Numbered from the stretch's first letter, positions 10,650-22,425 are shown. The stretch: 64,000 nt of DNA from an uncultured Syntrophomonadaceae bacterium (GCA_964467475.1 CAYXQO010000005.1:8894-72893), one strand, 5' to 3'. Numbers and translations are program-made. Notes: generated by a model from the letters alone, not told the origin.

Positions 10650-12011
10650 TTGATGCAGTTATTTATAGAAATAGGGCAGATATTTGTTTCTACATTTATG
10701 CTTGCCCTGGTGATGCCAATATTTTGGATTGTCCTGTTCCTGGTTTATTTGCAGTACAGGAAACAGGCTACTACGGAAGAGAAACTTTACGGCCGAACTT
10801 TTAACCGGGTGGGGCGGCAGATCTTTTATTCCCTAATCCTGGGTATTGCAGGTGGCCTGGTGGCCAGCACGATCCTGGTCTTCCTGGGCTTGTCGCTGGA
10901 ACAGATTGGGCTCTACTTCATCTGGCCCGTGGCCCTGCTTTTGCTCTTAATTAATCCTCGCTACCTGTGTTTTTCCTATGCAGGCGGTATCGTGGCGGTC
11001 CTGGTTTTGTTTGCCCGCCATATCCTGGTGCCCCTGTTTCCGGTCTTAGCGGATAATATCGTCATTGAATACCTTCTGCGGGTGCACATTCCAGCCCTCC
11101 TGGTCCTGATCGGCCTGCTTCACTTGGTCGAGGCAATCCTGATTTACGTTGGCGGCCACTGGGGTAGAAGTCCAATCTATTTGAAAAAAGAAAGCGGGGA
11201 AGTGGTCGGGGCTTTTTCGCTGCAGCGGTTCTGGCCCGTTCCCTTAGTTGCGCTTTTGGTCACCGTGGTGGCCCAACCGGAAATTGTCGGCGTGACCATG
11301 CCCGATTGGTGGCCCATCTTAGAGCCAATGCTTGAACCGGGGGAGGGAAGAACCCTGCAGTACATGTTGATCCCGGTAGCGGCCGGTTTGGGCTACGGAG
11401 ATATTGCCTATTCTTCCACACCCCGTGAGCGGACAGCTTATTCGGCCAGGTGGCTGGGAGTGTACAGCGTGGTCTTGCTGCTGGTTGCCGTGGGGGCGGA
11501 ATATTATCCTTTCCTGGTTCTTCCCGGGGTCCTCTTTGCCCCGGTTGCCCATGAACTGCTGATTCTATATGGTAAAAGGGAAGAAGAAAGTAAACCGCCC
11601 AGGTATCGTAAAAGCGACGAAGGAATCCTTTTGATGGATGTCCTTCCCGGAACCGCCGCCTCCCAGGCAGGCCTGCAGCAGGATGATGTGATTAAAGCGG
11701 TCAACGGAGAAATCCCCCGGGATAACCGGGACCTGCTGGAAAAAATAAACGAGAGTTACTTTATGGTCTTACTTGAAGGTAGCAGGAACGGCGAAACATT
11801 TTCCAATGTGCTGAAAAAAAGGACCAGGGAAGAAGCAGACTTCAGGGCTTCCTTCCAATCCAGGATGAGAGCGTCCGGTTCTTCTCACTCGCTTCTGCGA
11901 AGCTATGTTGAGCTGGGGATGATCCCGGTTCCGCCCCCGGATTCGCCGGTCTACCTGGAAATGCGCAGGCCCGATCCCCTGGCCAGGTTTAAGCGTAAAC
12001 GGAAGAAATAA
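10650..12011 (+). CDS. Polytopic membrane protein with C-terminal PDZ domain
   Basis: 453 aa with about 8 TM helices, then a PDZ-like segment (GILLMDVLPGTAASQAGLQQDDVIKAVNGE). Confidence 0.6.
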   Translation: MMQLFIEIGQIFVSTFMLALVMPIFWIVLFLVYLQYRKQATTEEKLYGRTFNRVGRQIFYSLILGIAGGLVASTILVFLGLSLEQIGLYFIWPVALLLLLINPRYLCFSYAGGIVAVLVLFARHILVPLFPVLADNIVIEYLLRVHIPALLVLIGLLHLVEAILIYVGGHWGRSPIYLKKESGEVVGAFSLQRFWPVPLVALLVTVVAQPEIVGVTMPDWWPILEPMLEPGEGRTLQYMLIPVAAGLGYGDIAYSSTPRERTAYSARWLGVYSVVLLLVAVGAEYYPFLVLPGVLFAPVAHELLILYGKREEESKPPRYRKSDEGILLMDVLPGTAASQAGLQQDDVIKAVNGEIPRDNRDLLEKINESYFMVLLEGSRNGETFSNVLKKRTREEADFRASFQSRMRASGSSHSLLRSYVELGMIPVPPPDSPVYLEMRRPDPLARFKRKRKK

Positions 12012-12111
12012 CCCTGCTTCTATCTAAATGACCCCGTCCGAAATGCAGCAAGGCTGAACAGCAACTTGTTTTTAAAAAATCTATTAGCTGCATGCTACAG
12101 GAGGCAGTGAT

Positions 12112-14094
12112 ATGGCCGGTAACAAAGGCTTTAAAATAAGATCTGAATACAAGCCCACCGGTGACCAACCAACAGCAATTAACACACTGGTGGAAGGGCT
12201 CAACCAGGGTTCGCGCTACCAGACCCTGCTGGGGGTGACCGGGTCCGGGAAAACCTTTAGCATTGCCAACGTGATTGAAAGAGTGCAGCGACCCACCCTG
12301 GTGATGGCCCCGAACAAGATCCTGGCTGCGCAACTCTGCAGTGAATTCAAAGAGCTTTTTCCGGAAAACGCCGTGGAATATTTTATCAGTTACTACGACT
12401 ATTACCAGCCGGAGGCTTACATACCCCAGAGCGACACTTTTATCGAAAAAGACTCTTCCATTAATGATGAAATCGACAAGCTGCGCCACTCAGCCACCAG
12501 CGCCCTGCTTGAACGGCCCGATGTGATTATCGTGGCCTCGGTTTCCTGTATCTACGGCCTGGGCTCGCCTCAAGAATACCAGGAACAGGTCCTTTCGTTG
12601 AGAGAAGGGGCCAGGATGAGCCGGGACGAGATTATCAGGCGCCTGGTGGAGATCCATTACCAGCGCAACGAAATAGATTTCCAGCGGGGCACTTTCCGGG
12701 TCCGGGGCGATGTGATCGAGATAATCCCGGCTTCCTTTTCCGAGGCAGCCCTGCGGGTGGAACTATTCGGGGACGAAATTGAGCGCCTGCGGGAAATTGA
12801 CGTGGTTAGCGGCAAGGTGGCCGGGGAGCGCTCACATGCGGCAATATTTCCGGCTACCCACTATGTAACCGCTCCCGACCAGCTCAAGCGGGCGATTGCA
12901 GATATTGAAGCGGAACTGCACGAACAGCTGGCTAAATTCAGGCGCGAGGACAAGCTCCTGGAGGCTCAGCGCCTGGAACAGCGGACCCAGTTTGACCTGG
13001 AAATGCTCCAGGAAATCGGTTTTTGCAGCGGCATAGAGAACTATTCCCGGCACTTAGATGGGCGCCCGCCGGGAAGCCGCCCCGCCACCCTGCTTGACTA
13101 TTTCCCTTCGGACATGCTTATGGTTATCGATGAATCGCACATTACCATTCCCCAAATAAACGGCATGTACCGCGGGGATGTTTCCAGGAAAAGCACGCTG
13201 GTGGAACATGGCTTCAGGCTACCTTCCGCCCTGGACAACCGCCCCCTTCGTTTCGAGGAATTCGAGTCGCTGCTTACCCAGGCCATCTTTGTTTCGGCTA
13301 CACCCGGCCCCTGGGAGCTCGAACACAGCGAAAAGGTAGTGGAACAAATCATCCGTCCCACCGGACTTGCTGACCCGGTCGTTGAGGTCAGACCCGCAGT
13401 GGGACAGGTGGACGACCTTTACGGAGAAATTCGTTCCCGGGCGGAAAAGAACCAGCGCTGCCTGGTTACCACCATGACCAAGCGAATGGCCGAAGATTTA
13501 ACCGAGTATTACCGGAACATGGGCCTGAAGGTCCGTTACATGCACTCTGAAATAGATGCCCTGGAAAGAATGACCATCATCAGGGGATTGCGCCTGGGTG
13601 AATTCGATGTTTTAATTGGTATTAACCTCCTCCGGGAAGGACTCGACTTGCCGGAGGTTACCCTGGTGGCCATTCTAGATGCCGACAAAGAAGGGTTCTT
13701 GCGATCGGATCGCTCCCTGATCCAGACCATCGGGCGCACCGCCCGCAACGTCGAGGGCAGGGTAATCATGTATGCCGAAGAAGTAACTCCTTCCATGCGC
13801 CGGGCCATCGACGAAACCGAACGCCGGCGCCACAAACAGCTGGAATACAATAAACAACACAACATCACCCCGCAGAGCATTGAAAAGCCAATCCATGCCT
13901 TAATCGAAGCGACAGCAGTGGCGGAGGAAGAAGAAAACTACGGGGTTGAGGAAATTAAAGAATCCGATCCGGCCAAACGCAAGAAAATGATCAAAAAACT
14001 CCGCCAGGAAATGAACCAGGCTTCCAAAGAACTGGAATTTGAAAAAGCAGCCGAACTACGCGACATGATCTACGAACTGGAAAAAACAACCTAA
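12112..14094 (+). CDS. uvrB: Excinuclease ABC subunit B
   Basis: 660 aa. Helicase motifs GVTGSGKT and DESH, a beta-hairpin region and the C-terminal UVR domain ([16 protein letters not shown]). Confidence 0.97.
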   Translation: MAGNKGFKIRSEYKPTGDQPTAINTLVEGLNQGSRYQTLLGVTGSGKTFSIANVIERVQRPTLVMAPNKILAAQLCSEFKELFPENAVEYFISYYDYYQPEAYIPQSDTFIEKDSSINDEIDKLRHSATSALLERPDVIIVASVSCIYGLGSPQEYQEQVLSLREGARMSRDEIIRRLVEIHYQRNEIDFQRGTFRVRGDVIEIIPASFSEAALRVELFGDEIERLREIDVVSGKVAGERSHAAIFPATHYVTAPDQLKRAIADIEAELHEQLAKFRREDKLLEAQRLEQRTQFDLEMLQEIGFCSGIENYSRHLDGRPPGSRPATLLDYFPSDMLMVIDESHITIPQINGMYRGDVSRKSTLVEHGFRLPSALDNRPLRFEEFESLLTQAIFVSATPGPWELEHSEKVVEQIIRPTGLADPVVEVRPAVGQVDDLYGEIRSRAEKNQRCLVTTMTKRMAEDLTEYYRNMGLKVRYMHSEIDALERMTIIRGLRLGEFDVLIGINLLREGLDLPEVTLVAILDADKEGFLRSDRSLIQTIGRTARNVEGRVIMYAEEVTPSMRRAIDETERRRHKQLEYNKQHNITPQSIEKPIHALIEATAVAEEEENYGVEEIKESDPAKRKKMIKKLRQEMNQASKELEFEKAAELRDMIYELEKTT

Positions 14095-14097
14095 CGT

Positions 14098-14125
14098 GCC
14101 AGGGGGACGGGGTTGTTGACACATT
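14098..14125 (+). repeat. REP element (family 1: GCCAGGGGGACGGGGTTGTTGACACA) in uvrB-uvrA spacer
   Basis: Near-identical copies at 31799, 31915 and (inverted) 32788, flanking the RAYT gene. Confidence 0.7.
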
Positions 14126-14172
14126 TAACATTTAACGTTTTTAACACCCTTGCTTAACATCAATCGACAGAG

Positions 14173-17019
14173 GTGACTGATTTGACAGCAGATGAAATAA
14201 GTATCCGCGGTGCGCGGGAACATAACTTAAAGAATATTAACCTGACCATTCCAAGGAATAAATTTGTGGTCCTGACCGGTTTAAGCGGTTCGGGTAAATC
14301 TTCCCTGGCTTTTGACACGATTTATGCTGAAGGACAGCGCCGCTACGTGGAATCGCTATCAGCCTATGCCCGCCAGTTCCTCGGGCAAATGGAAAAGCCG
14401 GACGTGGACCAGATTGAAGGGCTTTCGCCGGCCATTTCCATCGACCAGAAAACGGCTTCCCACAACCCCCGCTCCACCGTGGGCACCGTGACCGAGGTTT
14501 ACGACTATATCCGCCTGCTTTTTGCCCGGATTGGTGTGCCCCACTGCCCGGAGTGCAAAAAACCGATCAGCCAGCAGACCGTGCAGCAGATTGTGGACCA
14601 GGTTGCCGAGATGCAGCCGGAAACGCGGATCCAGATTCTTGCTCCCCTGGTGCGGGGGCGCAAAGGGGAATATACCCGCCTGCTGGAAGATCTGCGCAGT
14701 AAAGGTTTTGTCCGGGTCAGGGTAGACGGGGAAGTCCGTGAACTCGAGGAAGAAATAGTCTTAGATAAGCAAAAAAAACACCATATTGAAGTGGTGGTCG
14801 ACCGCCTGATCATCAGGGAAGGGATCCAGGCCCGCCTGGCCGATTCTTTGGAGACCGCCCTTAAACTCAGCGAGGGGCTAGTGCTGGTCCAGGAATTAGA
14901 AGGCGGCGAACATCTTTTTAGTGAAAACTTTGCCTGCACCGAGTGCGGGTTTAGCTTCGAGGAAATCAGCCCCCGCATCTTTTCTTTCAACAGCCCTTAC
15001 GGGGCCTGTCCGGAGTGCAGCGGCCTCGGCAAAAAATCCGAGTTTGCGCCGGATTTGGTGATTCCCTCCCCGGAGCTCTCCTTGCGGGAAGGCGCGGTGC
15101 ATCCCTGGTCCGGGCGCAACTATTACCAGCAATTTTTAGAGTCGGCAGCCAAAGCCTTCGGGATAGACCCGGATAAACCCTTTAAGGATCTTACCCCGAA
15201 AGAGCAGGAAATAATACTTTACGGAGCCCCGGGCAAAATTGACTTTCGCTACGTGAATATGTTTAAGCGGGTGCGCAACTATAAAAAAGTTTTCCCCGGT
15301 GTGCTCAAGCTTTTGGATCGCCGCTATGCCAACACGGATTCTGAAGAAATGAGAGCCGAAATGGAGCGCTTCATGCAGAGCAGGCCCTGTCCCAAGTGTA
15401 AGGGGACCCGGCTGAAACCTTCCAGCCTTTCCGTGCTGATGGGCGGGTCTAATATTGCCGAGGTTTCCGCTCTGAGCGTGGAAAAAGCTGCGGAATTTTT
15501 TGAGCAGCTCGAGCTCAGTGAACGCGAAACCCATATAGCTCGCCGGATTCTCAAGGAAATCGGCGAAAGACTTCAGTTCATGCGCAACGTGGGCCTGGAT
15601 TATTTAACCCTGGACCGGGCAGCGGCGACCCTCTCCGGTGGGGAAGCGCAAAGGATCAGGCTGGCCACCCAGATAGGCTCCGGCCTTACCGGGGTGATCT
15701 ATATTTTAGATGAACCAACCATCGGCCTGCACCAGAGGGACAATGCCCGGTTGATCAAAACCTTAAAAGATCTCCGCGACCTGGGTAATACCGTTATGGT
15801 GGTCGAGCACGATGAAGAAAACATCCGCAGCGCCGATCATATCATCGACATCGGGCCCGGGGCCGGGGCAGCCGGCGGGAAAATAGTGGCCCAGGGCAGC
15901 ATAGAGCAAGTCACCGGGACGGCAGCTTCGGTCACCGGGGACTACCTGGCCGGCAGGCGCTCCATCGCCCTGCCCCGGGAAAGAAGAAAGCCCGGACAGC
16001 GGTGGCTTAAGGTCCGCGGGGCCGAAGAACACAACCTGAAAAATATTGATGTAGGCATCCCGCTGGGCCTGTTTGTTGGCGTGGCCGGGGTATCCGGTTC
16101 CGGTAAAAGCACCCTGGTTAATGAAATTTTAGCCCGTTCGCTTTCCCGGAAACTGCACCGGTCGCGGGAAAGAGCCGGCCGTCACAGCGACATCGAGGGA
16201 GTGGAAAACTTAGATAAAGTAATTGTCATCGACCAGTCTCCCATCGGGCGGACCCCGCGCTCCAACCCGGCTACCTATACGGGGCTGTTTGACGGGATCC
16301 GTGAACTTTTTGCGAAAACACCGGAAGCCCGCCGCCGGGGTTATAAGCCGGGCCGGTTCAGTTTCAATGTCAAGGGGGGCCGCTGTGAAGCCTGCCGCGG
16401 GGAAGGGATTTTAAGGATTGAAATGCACTTTTTGCCAGATGTGTACGTCCCCTGCGAAGTATGCCGCGGCAAGCGCTATAACCGCGAAACCTTAGAAGTG
16501 CTCTATAAAGGAAAGAGCATCGCCGACGTTTTGGATATGAACGTAGAAGAAGCCCTGGACTTCTTTTCAGCAATCCCGAAAGTGCAGCGCAAGATGCAGC
16601 TGCTTTATGATGTAGGGTTAGGCTATATCCGGCTCGGTCAACCGGCTACAACCTTGTCGGGAGGCGAAGCCCAGCGGGTGAAACTGGCTACCGAACTCTC
16701 CAGGCGCAGCAACGGGCGCAGCCTCTATATCTTAGATGAGCCGACTACCGGCCTGCACCTTGATGACATCAATAAACTGCTTGTTATCCTGGACCGGCTG
16801 GTCGACAGCGGCAATACCGTCCTGGTGATTGAGCATCACCTTGATGTGCTAAAACGGGCCGACCACCTGATCGACCTGGGACCGGAAGGCGGAGACCAGG
16901 GCGGCCGGGTGGTTGCCGCGGGCACCCCTGAAGAAATAGCCGCCTGCAAAGATTCGTACACCGGGCAATGGCTCTCCGGGACCATCGTTGCGGAAAAAGA
17001 ACAGGCCGCCGAACTGTAA
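14173..17019 (+). CDS. uvrA: Excinuclease ABC subunit A
   Basis: 948 aa with two ABC modules ([23 protein letters not shown]) and Zn-finger CxxC pairs. Confidence 0.97.
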   Translation: MTDLTADEISIRGAREHNLKNINLTIPRNKFVVLTGLSGSGKSSLAFDTIYAEGQRRYVESLSAYARQFLGQMEKPDVDQIEGLSPAISIDQKTASHNPRSTVGTVTEVYDYIRLLFARIGVPHCPECKKPISQQTVQQIVDQVAEMQPETRIQILAPLVRGRKGEYTRLLEDLRSKGFVRVRVDGEVRELEEEIVLDKQKKHHIEVVVDRLIIREGIQARLADSLETALKLSEGLVLVQELEGGEHLFSENFACTECGFSFEEISPRIFSFNSPYGACPECSGLGKKSEFAPDLVIPSPELSLREGAVHPWSGRNYYQQFLESAAKAFGIDPDKPFKDLTPKEQEIILYGAPGKIDFRYVNMFKRVRNYKKVFPGVLKLLDRRYANTDSEEMRAEMERFMQSRPCPKCKGTRLKPSSLSVLMGGSNIAEVSALSVEKAAEFFEQLELSERETHIARRILKEIGERLQFMRNVGLDYLTLDRAAATLSGGEAQRIRLATQIGSGLTGVIYILDEPTIGLHQRDNARLIKTLKDLRDLGNTVMVVEHDEENIRSADHIIDIGPGAGAAGGKIVAQGSIEQVTGTAASVTGDYLAGRRSIALPRERRKPGQRWLKVRGAEEHNLKNIDVGIPLGLFVGVAGVSGSGKSTLVNEILARSLSRKLHRSRERAGRHSDIEGVENLDKVIVIDQSPIGRTPRSNPATYTGLFDGIRELFAKTPEARRRGYKPGRFSFNVKGGRCEACRGEGILRIEMHFLPDVYVPCEVCRGKRYNRETLEVLYKGKSIADVLDMNVEEALDFFSAIPKVQRKMQLLYDVGLGYIRLGQPATTLSGGEAQRVKLATELSRRSNGRSLYILDEPTTGLHLDDINKLLVILDRLVDSGNTVLVIEHHLDVLKRADHLIDLGPEGGDQGGRVVAAGTPEEIAACKDSYTGQWLSGTIVAEKEQAAEL

Positions 17020-17033
17020 GGGTGAAGCATTTC

Positions 17034-18899
17034 ATGTCTGAAGATACATTTGAGCAGCTGAAAGAAAAACTAAAGCAAGTCCCTGAACTGCCCGGGGTTT
17101 ACCTGCTTAAAGATAGCAGGGACCGGGTAATTTATGTAGGCAAAGCCGTTTCCTTGCGCCAGCGCCTGCGCTCTTATATTACCGGTAATGGCAGCCACTC
17201 ACCGCGTCTTCGTTCCCTGCAGGCAAACCTGACAGATATTGATTATGTAGTTACCGATACAGAAGTGGAAGCCTTAATTTTAGAGTGCAACCTGATCAAG
17301 GAATACCGGCCCCGCTACAATGTCAACTTAAAAGATGACAAAGACTACCCTTACCTGATGGTTACCCCGGAACTCTACCCGCGGTTGGAGCTTTTACGCC
17401 TTTCCCAGTTGAGCAGCAAAAGGGCCCGCTACCAGCCTTACCCGGGCCGCGAGGAGCACCGCTTCGGGCCTTATACCGATGTAGGGGCCGTCCGCGAAAC
17501 GATGCAGTTCATCGGTTCGATTTTTCCCCTGCGCCGCTGCCGGCAACCGCTCGACGGCACTCCCACTTCTTCCAGGCCCTGTTTGAACTTCCAGATGAAG
17601 CGCTGCCTGGCTCCCTGCCGCGGCGAAGAAGCTGTCCCCTCAGAAGAATATAACCAGGTAGCCCGGCAGGCCCTTTTATTTCTGCAGGGCCGCTATAATG
17701 AACTGCAGGACCGTCTGAAAAGAGAAATGGATCAAGCAGCCCGGGAACAGCGGTTTGAGGAAGCGGCCGCCCTGCGGGATCGCCTGCAATCCTTGCACCG
17801 GGTTGCCGGGCAGCAGCAAAAAATGGCTTTAAGCGATGATGAAGCAGAAAGAGACATCTTAGCCCTGGGCCGCCATGGCAATCGTGCGGCGGTTCATCTT
17901 TTCCAGGTCCGCGGCGGCAAACTGCTGAGCCAGGATCACTATGCCTTGGACGGAGCGGAAGAGGTTTCAGACGAAGAAGTGATCGCTTCCTTCATGAAAA
18001 ATTATTACAACCGGGTGGAGAGCCTGCCTGAAGAAATAGTGCTTTCCCATTCCCCCGGCGAGACAGAACTGATCGAAGAGTGGTTGAAGGTCCAGGCCGG
18101 CCGGAAAATAACCCTGCGTGTGCCGCAGCGCGGCTCGCTAAAAAAAATGGTGGAGCTGGCCGGGCGCAACTGTATGCTGCGGCTGGAGGAAGATGAAGAA
18201 CAAAGGAACAAGAAAATAACGGAGCCTTTGGAAGAACTGGGGCGCCTGGCAGGCCTGCCCGCTCCGCCCCGGAGAATCGAGGGCTACGATATATCACACC
18301 TGCGCGGCGGCGAACCGGTGGGGGCCATGGTCGTGTTCCATGAAGGGAACCCGGCCAGGGAAGAATACCGCCGGTTCAATATTAAAACCGCTCCGAAAGA
18401 AGATGATTATGCTGCCCTGCAGGAGGTTTTAACCAGGCGAGCAGGGCGGGACGAGTGGCCTGTGCCGGACCTGATTCTCATAGACGGGGGCAGGGGCCAG
18501 CTGAATGCTGCTAAGGAAGCCTTGAAAAAAACAGGTTTTACCGGGGTGCCCCTGGCCGCCCTGGCTAAAGACCCTGACCAGCTTTTCCTCGAGGATTCAG
18601 AATTACCGGTGCGCATGGCCGCAAACAACCCCACCCTGCAAATGCTGCAACGGGTTCGCGATGAGGTGCACCGCTTTGCCGTCAGCGGACACCGTCGGCG
18701 CCAGGACCGCAAAAGTATCCACTCAGTGCTCGAAGAAATCCCCGGGGTAGGGGCGGCCCGCCGCAAAGCCCTGCTCGAGCACTTCGGCAGCACAGAAAAG
18801 ATCAAACAGGCCGGGGTGGAAGATCTTGCCGCTGTTCCGGGCATCAACCACAGGCTTGCCGAGACAATTCGCAATTGCCTGACCCAATCCTTTAGTTAA
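17034..18899 (+). CDS. uvrC: Excinuclease ABC subunit C
   Basis: GIY-YIG N-terminus (GVYLLKDSRDRVIYVGKA), a UVR domain and C-terminal RNaseH-like/HhH regions. The 16968 start overlaps uvrA. ATG 17034 (MSEDTF...) is preferred. Confidence 0.93.
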   Translation: MSEDTFEQLKEKLKQVPELPGVYLLKDSRDRVIYVGKAVSLRQRLRSYITGNGSHSPRLRSLQANLTDIDYVVTDTEVEALILECNLIKEYRPRYNVNLKDDKDYPYLMVTPELYPRLELLRLSQLSSKRARYQPYPGREEHRFGPYTDVGAVRETMQFIGSIFPLRRCRQPLDGTPTSSRPCLNFQMKRCLAPCRGEEAVPSEEYNQVARQALLFLQGRYNELQDRLKREMDQAAREQRFEEAAALRDRLQSLHRVAGQQQKMALSDDEAERDILALGRHGNRAAVHLFQVRGGKLLSQDHYALDGAEEVSDEEVIASFMKNYYNRVESLPEEIVLSHSPGETELIEEWLKVQAGRKITLRVPQRGSLKKMVELAGRNCMLRLEEDEEQRNKKITEPLEELGRLAGLPAPPRRIEGYDISHLRGGEPVGAMVVFHEGNPAREEYRRFNIKTAPKEDDYAALQEVLTRRAGRDEWPVPDLILIDGGRGQLNAAKEALKKTGFTGVPLAALAKDPDQLFLEDSELPVRMAANNPTLQMLQRVRDEVHRFAVSGHRRRQDRKSIHSVLEEIPGVGAARRKALLEHFGSTEKIKQAGVEDLAAVPGINHRLAETIRNCLTQSFS

Positions 18900-19022
18900 T
18901 ATGTTATACTTAAAAATAGCGGCAAAATTTCTATACTAAAAGTATTTATTTTACCCGGTTTAACAGCTATTAATCCGGGAGCTGCAGGTGAGGGGGCGAG
19001 CCGTATCAGTGAGAAGAACGAA

Positions 19023-19868
19023 ATGCGCATAGTCTTGATCACCGGTCTTTCGGGAGCCGGCAAAAGCCATGCTCTCAATTGTTTCGAGGATTTGGGCTAT
19101 TATTGTGTAGACAACATGCCTCCCACCCTGATCCCCAAGTTTGCCGACCTGTTCATCCAATCGGAAAATAAAAAAGTGGCCCTGGTTTGTGATATGCGCG
19201 GAGCTGCTTTTTTTAAAGACCTCTTTGAAGCGCTGAATGAAATGGACGAAAGGCAAATTGATTATGAAATTTTATTTCTTGTAGCGGAAGAAGAGGTCCT
19301 GATCAGGCGCTTTAAAGAAACCAGGCGCCGTCACCCCTTAGGCAAAATGAGCCTCCCGGAAGCGATTCAAAAAGAACGGGAAGCGCTTAGCGAACTGCGG
19401 GGCAAGGCCCACAAGGAAATCGATACTTCCCATCTCAAGCCCTGGGAGTTAAAGGCCAGAATTGTCGAGCTTTACGAGCCTGAACAGCGCGATAAAAGCA
19501 TGCAGATCCGGATTATTTCTTTTGGCTTTAAATACGGGTTGCCGCCCCATGCCGACCTGGTGTTCGATGTCCGGTTCCTGCCCAACCCACACTATGTGGA
19601 GCACTTAAAAGATTTAACCGGGGATGATCCCCAGGTTTATGAATACCTGTGGCAATGGAACGAGACTGAAAAATATTTTAATAAACTGACAGACCTGCTC
19701 GATTTTTCAATACCTTTCTATGTAAAAGAAGGTAAAACCAGCCTGGTAGTTGCGATCGGCTGCACCGGTGGCCATCACCGTTCAGTGGTTATCGGCGAAA
19801 ACTTAGGGCGGCACCTGGGGTCGCGTTTTAACCTGGCTGTGGAGCACAGGGACATTTATAAAAATTGA
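19023..19868 (+). CDS. rapZ: RNase adapter protein RapZ (YvcJ) P-loop NTPase
   Basis: MRIVLITGLSGAGKSHALN Walker A and C-terminal GCTGGHHRS motif. Confidence 0.9.
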   Translation: MRIVLITGLSGAGKSHALNCFEDLGYYCVDNMPPTLIPKFADLFIQSENKKVALVCDMRGAAFFKDLFEALNEMDERQIDYEILFLVAEEEVLIRRFKETRRRHPLGKMSLPEAIQKEREALSELRGKAHKEIDTSHLKPWELKARIVELYEPEQRDKSMQIRIISFGFKYGLPPHADLVFDVRFLPNPHYVEHLKDLTGDDPQVYEYLWQWNETEKYFNKLTDLLDFSIPFYVKEGKTSLVVAIGCTGGHHRSVVIGENLGRHLGSRFNLAVEHRDIYKN

Positions 19869-19884
19869 GGAGGAAACTTTTACA

Positions 19885-20856
19885 TTGTCTTTAACCCGGC
19901 AGGTTAAACAGGAACTGGCCCGGCTGGGAGATAATCTACCCTGCTGCAGTTCATGGGAATTGAAAGCGCTGTTGGTGAAAAACGGATATTATACGATCCG
20001 GCAAAATACCCACAGTTTAGCGGTCATGGTAGACGACAATGCGGTAGCCCGGCGGGTGTTTAATTTGCTCAGGGAAGCCGGGGTGAGCGACCCCTACATT
20101 ATCAGGCAGCAGGAAAAAAGACTGAGCAAAAATCGTTTCCTGGTCCTGGTCTCGGGCAGGCAAGAGATCGATTCCCTGCTGGTTTATCTTGATTTCAAAG
20201 AAGCCGGCGGATATCTCTTTTTGCCGGGAAGGCACATGACCGTTCCCAGGCGCAGCTGCTGCCGGAAAGCGCTTTCCCGGGGAATTTTCTTAGCCGGCGG
20301 CAGTGTGAGCATTTCAGGAAAGTCCGGGTATCACTTAGAAATAAATTGCGGCAGCTTAGAAGACGCTTTAGTCTACAAAGAAATCCTGGAGGGGTTCGAG
20401 CTTGCCCCCTTTCTGCGCGAACGTAAAGAAACTGCTTTTCTCTACTTTAAAAGCGCAGAAGCGGTCGGCGATTACCTGCGGATCATCGGGGCCGGGCACA
20501 CCCTGCTGGAGCTTGAAAGCAGCAGGGTGGTAAAAAGTATGCGCAACCAGGTTAACCGGGTTGTAAATTGCGAGACTGCCAACCTGGAAAAGGTAGTCGC
20601 TTCCGCACAGGGACAGCTTGATCTTATTGAACATTTAGACCGGCGCATCGGGTTGCACAACCTGCCCCCTTCTTTACGTGAAGCAGCTTTTTTACGCAGG
20701 GCACACCCCGAAGCATCCCTAAAAGAGCTGGGAAAAATGCTCGAGCCGCCCGTAAGTAAATCAGGGATCAACCACCGGTTCCGGCAAATGGAGAAGTTGA
20801 TCAATAAACGGGGCAAACCGGCCTCCAAGCAAAGATCATGCCAGTATAAAGATTAA
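19885..20856 (+). CDS. whiA: DNA-binding sporulation/cell-division regulator WhiA
   Basis: 323 aa with TTG start after GAGGAGG, a degenerate LAGLIDADG-like core and a C-terminal HTH (SKSGINHRFRQ). It follows rapZ directly with no yvcK between. Confidence 0.85.
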   Translation: MSLTRQVKQELARLGDNLPCCSSWELKALLVKNGYYTIRQNTHSLAVMVDDNAVARRVFNLLREAGVSDPYIIRQQEKRLSKNRFLVLVSGRQEIDSLLVYLDFKEAGGYLFLPGRHMTVPRRSCCRKALSRGIFLAGGSVSISGKSGYHLEINCGSLEDALVYKEILEGFELAPFLRERKETAFLYFKSAEAVGDYLRIIGAGHTLLELESSRVVKSMRNQVNRVVNCETANLEKVVASAQGQLDLIEHLDRRIGLHNLPPSLREAAFLRRAHPEASLKELGKMLEPPVSKSGINHRFRQMEKLINKRGKPASKQRSCQYKD

Positions 20857-20978
20857 GGGCAGGATTCAGCTCGGGAATGTCGAAAAGATCTTCAAAGGGA
20901 AGCACTTAAAGAGACGCATCCAACTACAGGCCTTAATGGCCTGTATTAAAAACTTCTTATACAGGAGAGGTAACTACT

Positions 20979-22403
20979 GTGAAGCTTGATTATAACCTGA
21001 GTTTAGAACAGACCCAAAAACTGATTATCACCCCTGAACTCAAACTGGCCATTACCCTGTTACAGTACTCTGCCCTGGAAATGCAGGATCATATCCAGGA
21101 AGAACTGGTTAACAACCCCGTGCTGGAAGTTCTTGAATCAAAGGAAGAGGATAAGGCTGGCGAGGAGACACCGGAACAGGAACCCGAAGAGCATCCGGTG
21201 CAGGATGATTTTTCCTGGGACGAGTACTTTCGCGATGCAGGGCTCGATACCCCTTATGAGCAACACGGTAGTGTCAAGTCTAACCCTGATGCTGATGCGC
21301 AGCCCCTGGTTGAAAATTGTGCCCGGATAGCCGAGGGCTCCATGCTCGAAGATTTGCTCGGCCAGCTAAGGCTGCTGCCCCTTAATGCTCGCCAGTACAG
21401 CACTGCCGCTTACCTGGTGGGCAACCTGGATCATAATGGTTACCTCCAGGGCGAGCTTGAAGAACTGGCACCGGTTTTGGGAGCGAAGTTAAGCGAGCTG
21501 GAAGAAGGGCTTAAAATTGTCCAGAAACTCGATCCCCCCGGGATCGGATGCCGCAACCTCCAGGAATGCCTGATGCTCCAGCTGAACAAGATGGATAATC
21601 CGCCGGAGCTGGCGGTAAAGGTCGTAAAAAATTACCTCCCGGCTGCTGCCGATGAAAGGTTCGGCTATATCGCTTCTTGCCTGGGCTGTGATGAAGAAGC
21701 GATCCGGGAAGCAATCGAGTTTATACGGACCCTTAATCCCAAGCCGGGCAGTGTTTTTGGTGAAGGAGAAGAGACCCGCTACATTGCCCCCGATGTAATT
21801 GTCCAAAAGGTAGACGATCAGTATGTAGTTATGGGTAATGAGGCAAGTATCCCACACCTGACAATCAGCCCTTACTACCACAAGATGCTCAAAAGCGGTC
21901 TTGCCGATGAAGAACTGTCTTCATTCATAAAAAATAAAATTGAAAAGGCATACTGGTTGATCCGCAGTATTGAACAAAGAAGAATTACCTTACATAAAGT
22001 GTCCCAGGAGATTGTGGATATACAAAAACCCTTTTTAGATCATGGCATCAAAAAACTAAAACCCCTGACCCTAAAAGAAGTTGCCCTCAAGGTAGGAGTT
22101 CACGAGTCGACGGTCAGCAGGGCTGCCGCCAACAAGTATATCCAAACTCCCCGGGGCTTGTTTCCTCTGAAATTTTTCTTTTCCAGCGGTTTAAGTGGAA
22201 CCGGTGGTTCCGATCATTCTTCACCCAGCATCAAAAGCCATATCAGTGAGCTGGTAGAAAACGAGGATCAGAAAAAACCTCTGAGCGACAAATGCCTAAC
22301 CGAGCTCTTGCAGGATCGCGGAATTACAATCTCCAGGCGGACGGTAGCCAAGTACAGGGAAGAAATGTCGATTCCTCCATCATTTAAGAGGCGCCGTTCC
22401 TAG
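20979..22403 (+). CDS. rpoN: RNA polymerase sigma-54 factor
   Basis: N-terminal region I (LSLEQTQKLIITPELKLAITLLQ), HTH and C-terminal RpoN box (ARRTVAKYRE). Confidence 0.92.
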   Translation: MKLDYNLSLEQTQKLIITPELKLAITLLQYSALEMQDHIQEELVNNPVLEVLESKEEDKAGEETPEQEPEEHPVQDDFSWDEYFRDAGLDTPYEQHGSVKSNPDADAQPLVENCARIAEGSMLEDLLGQLRLLPLNARQYSTAAYLVGNLDHNGYLQGELEELAPVLGAKLSELEEGLKIVQKLDPPGIGCRNLQECLMLQLNKMDNPPELAVKVVKNYLPAAADERFGYIASCLGCDEEAIREAIEFIRTLNPKPGSVFGEGEETRYIAPDVIVQKVDDQYVVMGNEASIPHLTISPYYHKMLKSGLADEELSSFIKNKIEKAYWLIRSIEQRRITLHKVSQEIVDIQKPFLDHGIKKLKPLTLKEVALKVGVHESTVSRAAANKYIQTPRGLFPLKFFFSSGLSGTGGSDHSSPSIKSHISELVENEDQKKPLSDKCLTELLQDRGITISRRTVAKYREEMSIPPSFKRRRS

Positions 22404-22425
22404 ACTTGCGGGGTGGTAAATTTAA

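Noticed and set aside
16968-18899. uvrC start at 16968 ([13 protein letters not shown]...)
   Set aside because: It would overlap uvrA by 52 nt with an Arg-rich non-conserved N-terminus. The internal ATG 17034 (MSEDTFEQL) follows the uvrA stop and fits the GIY-YIG N-terminus.
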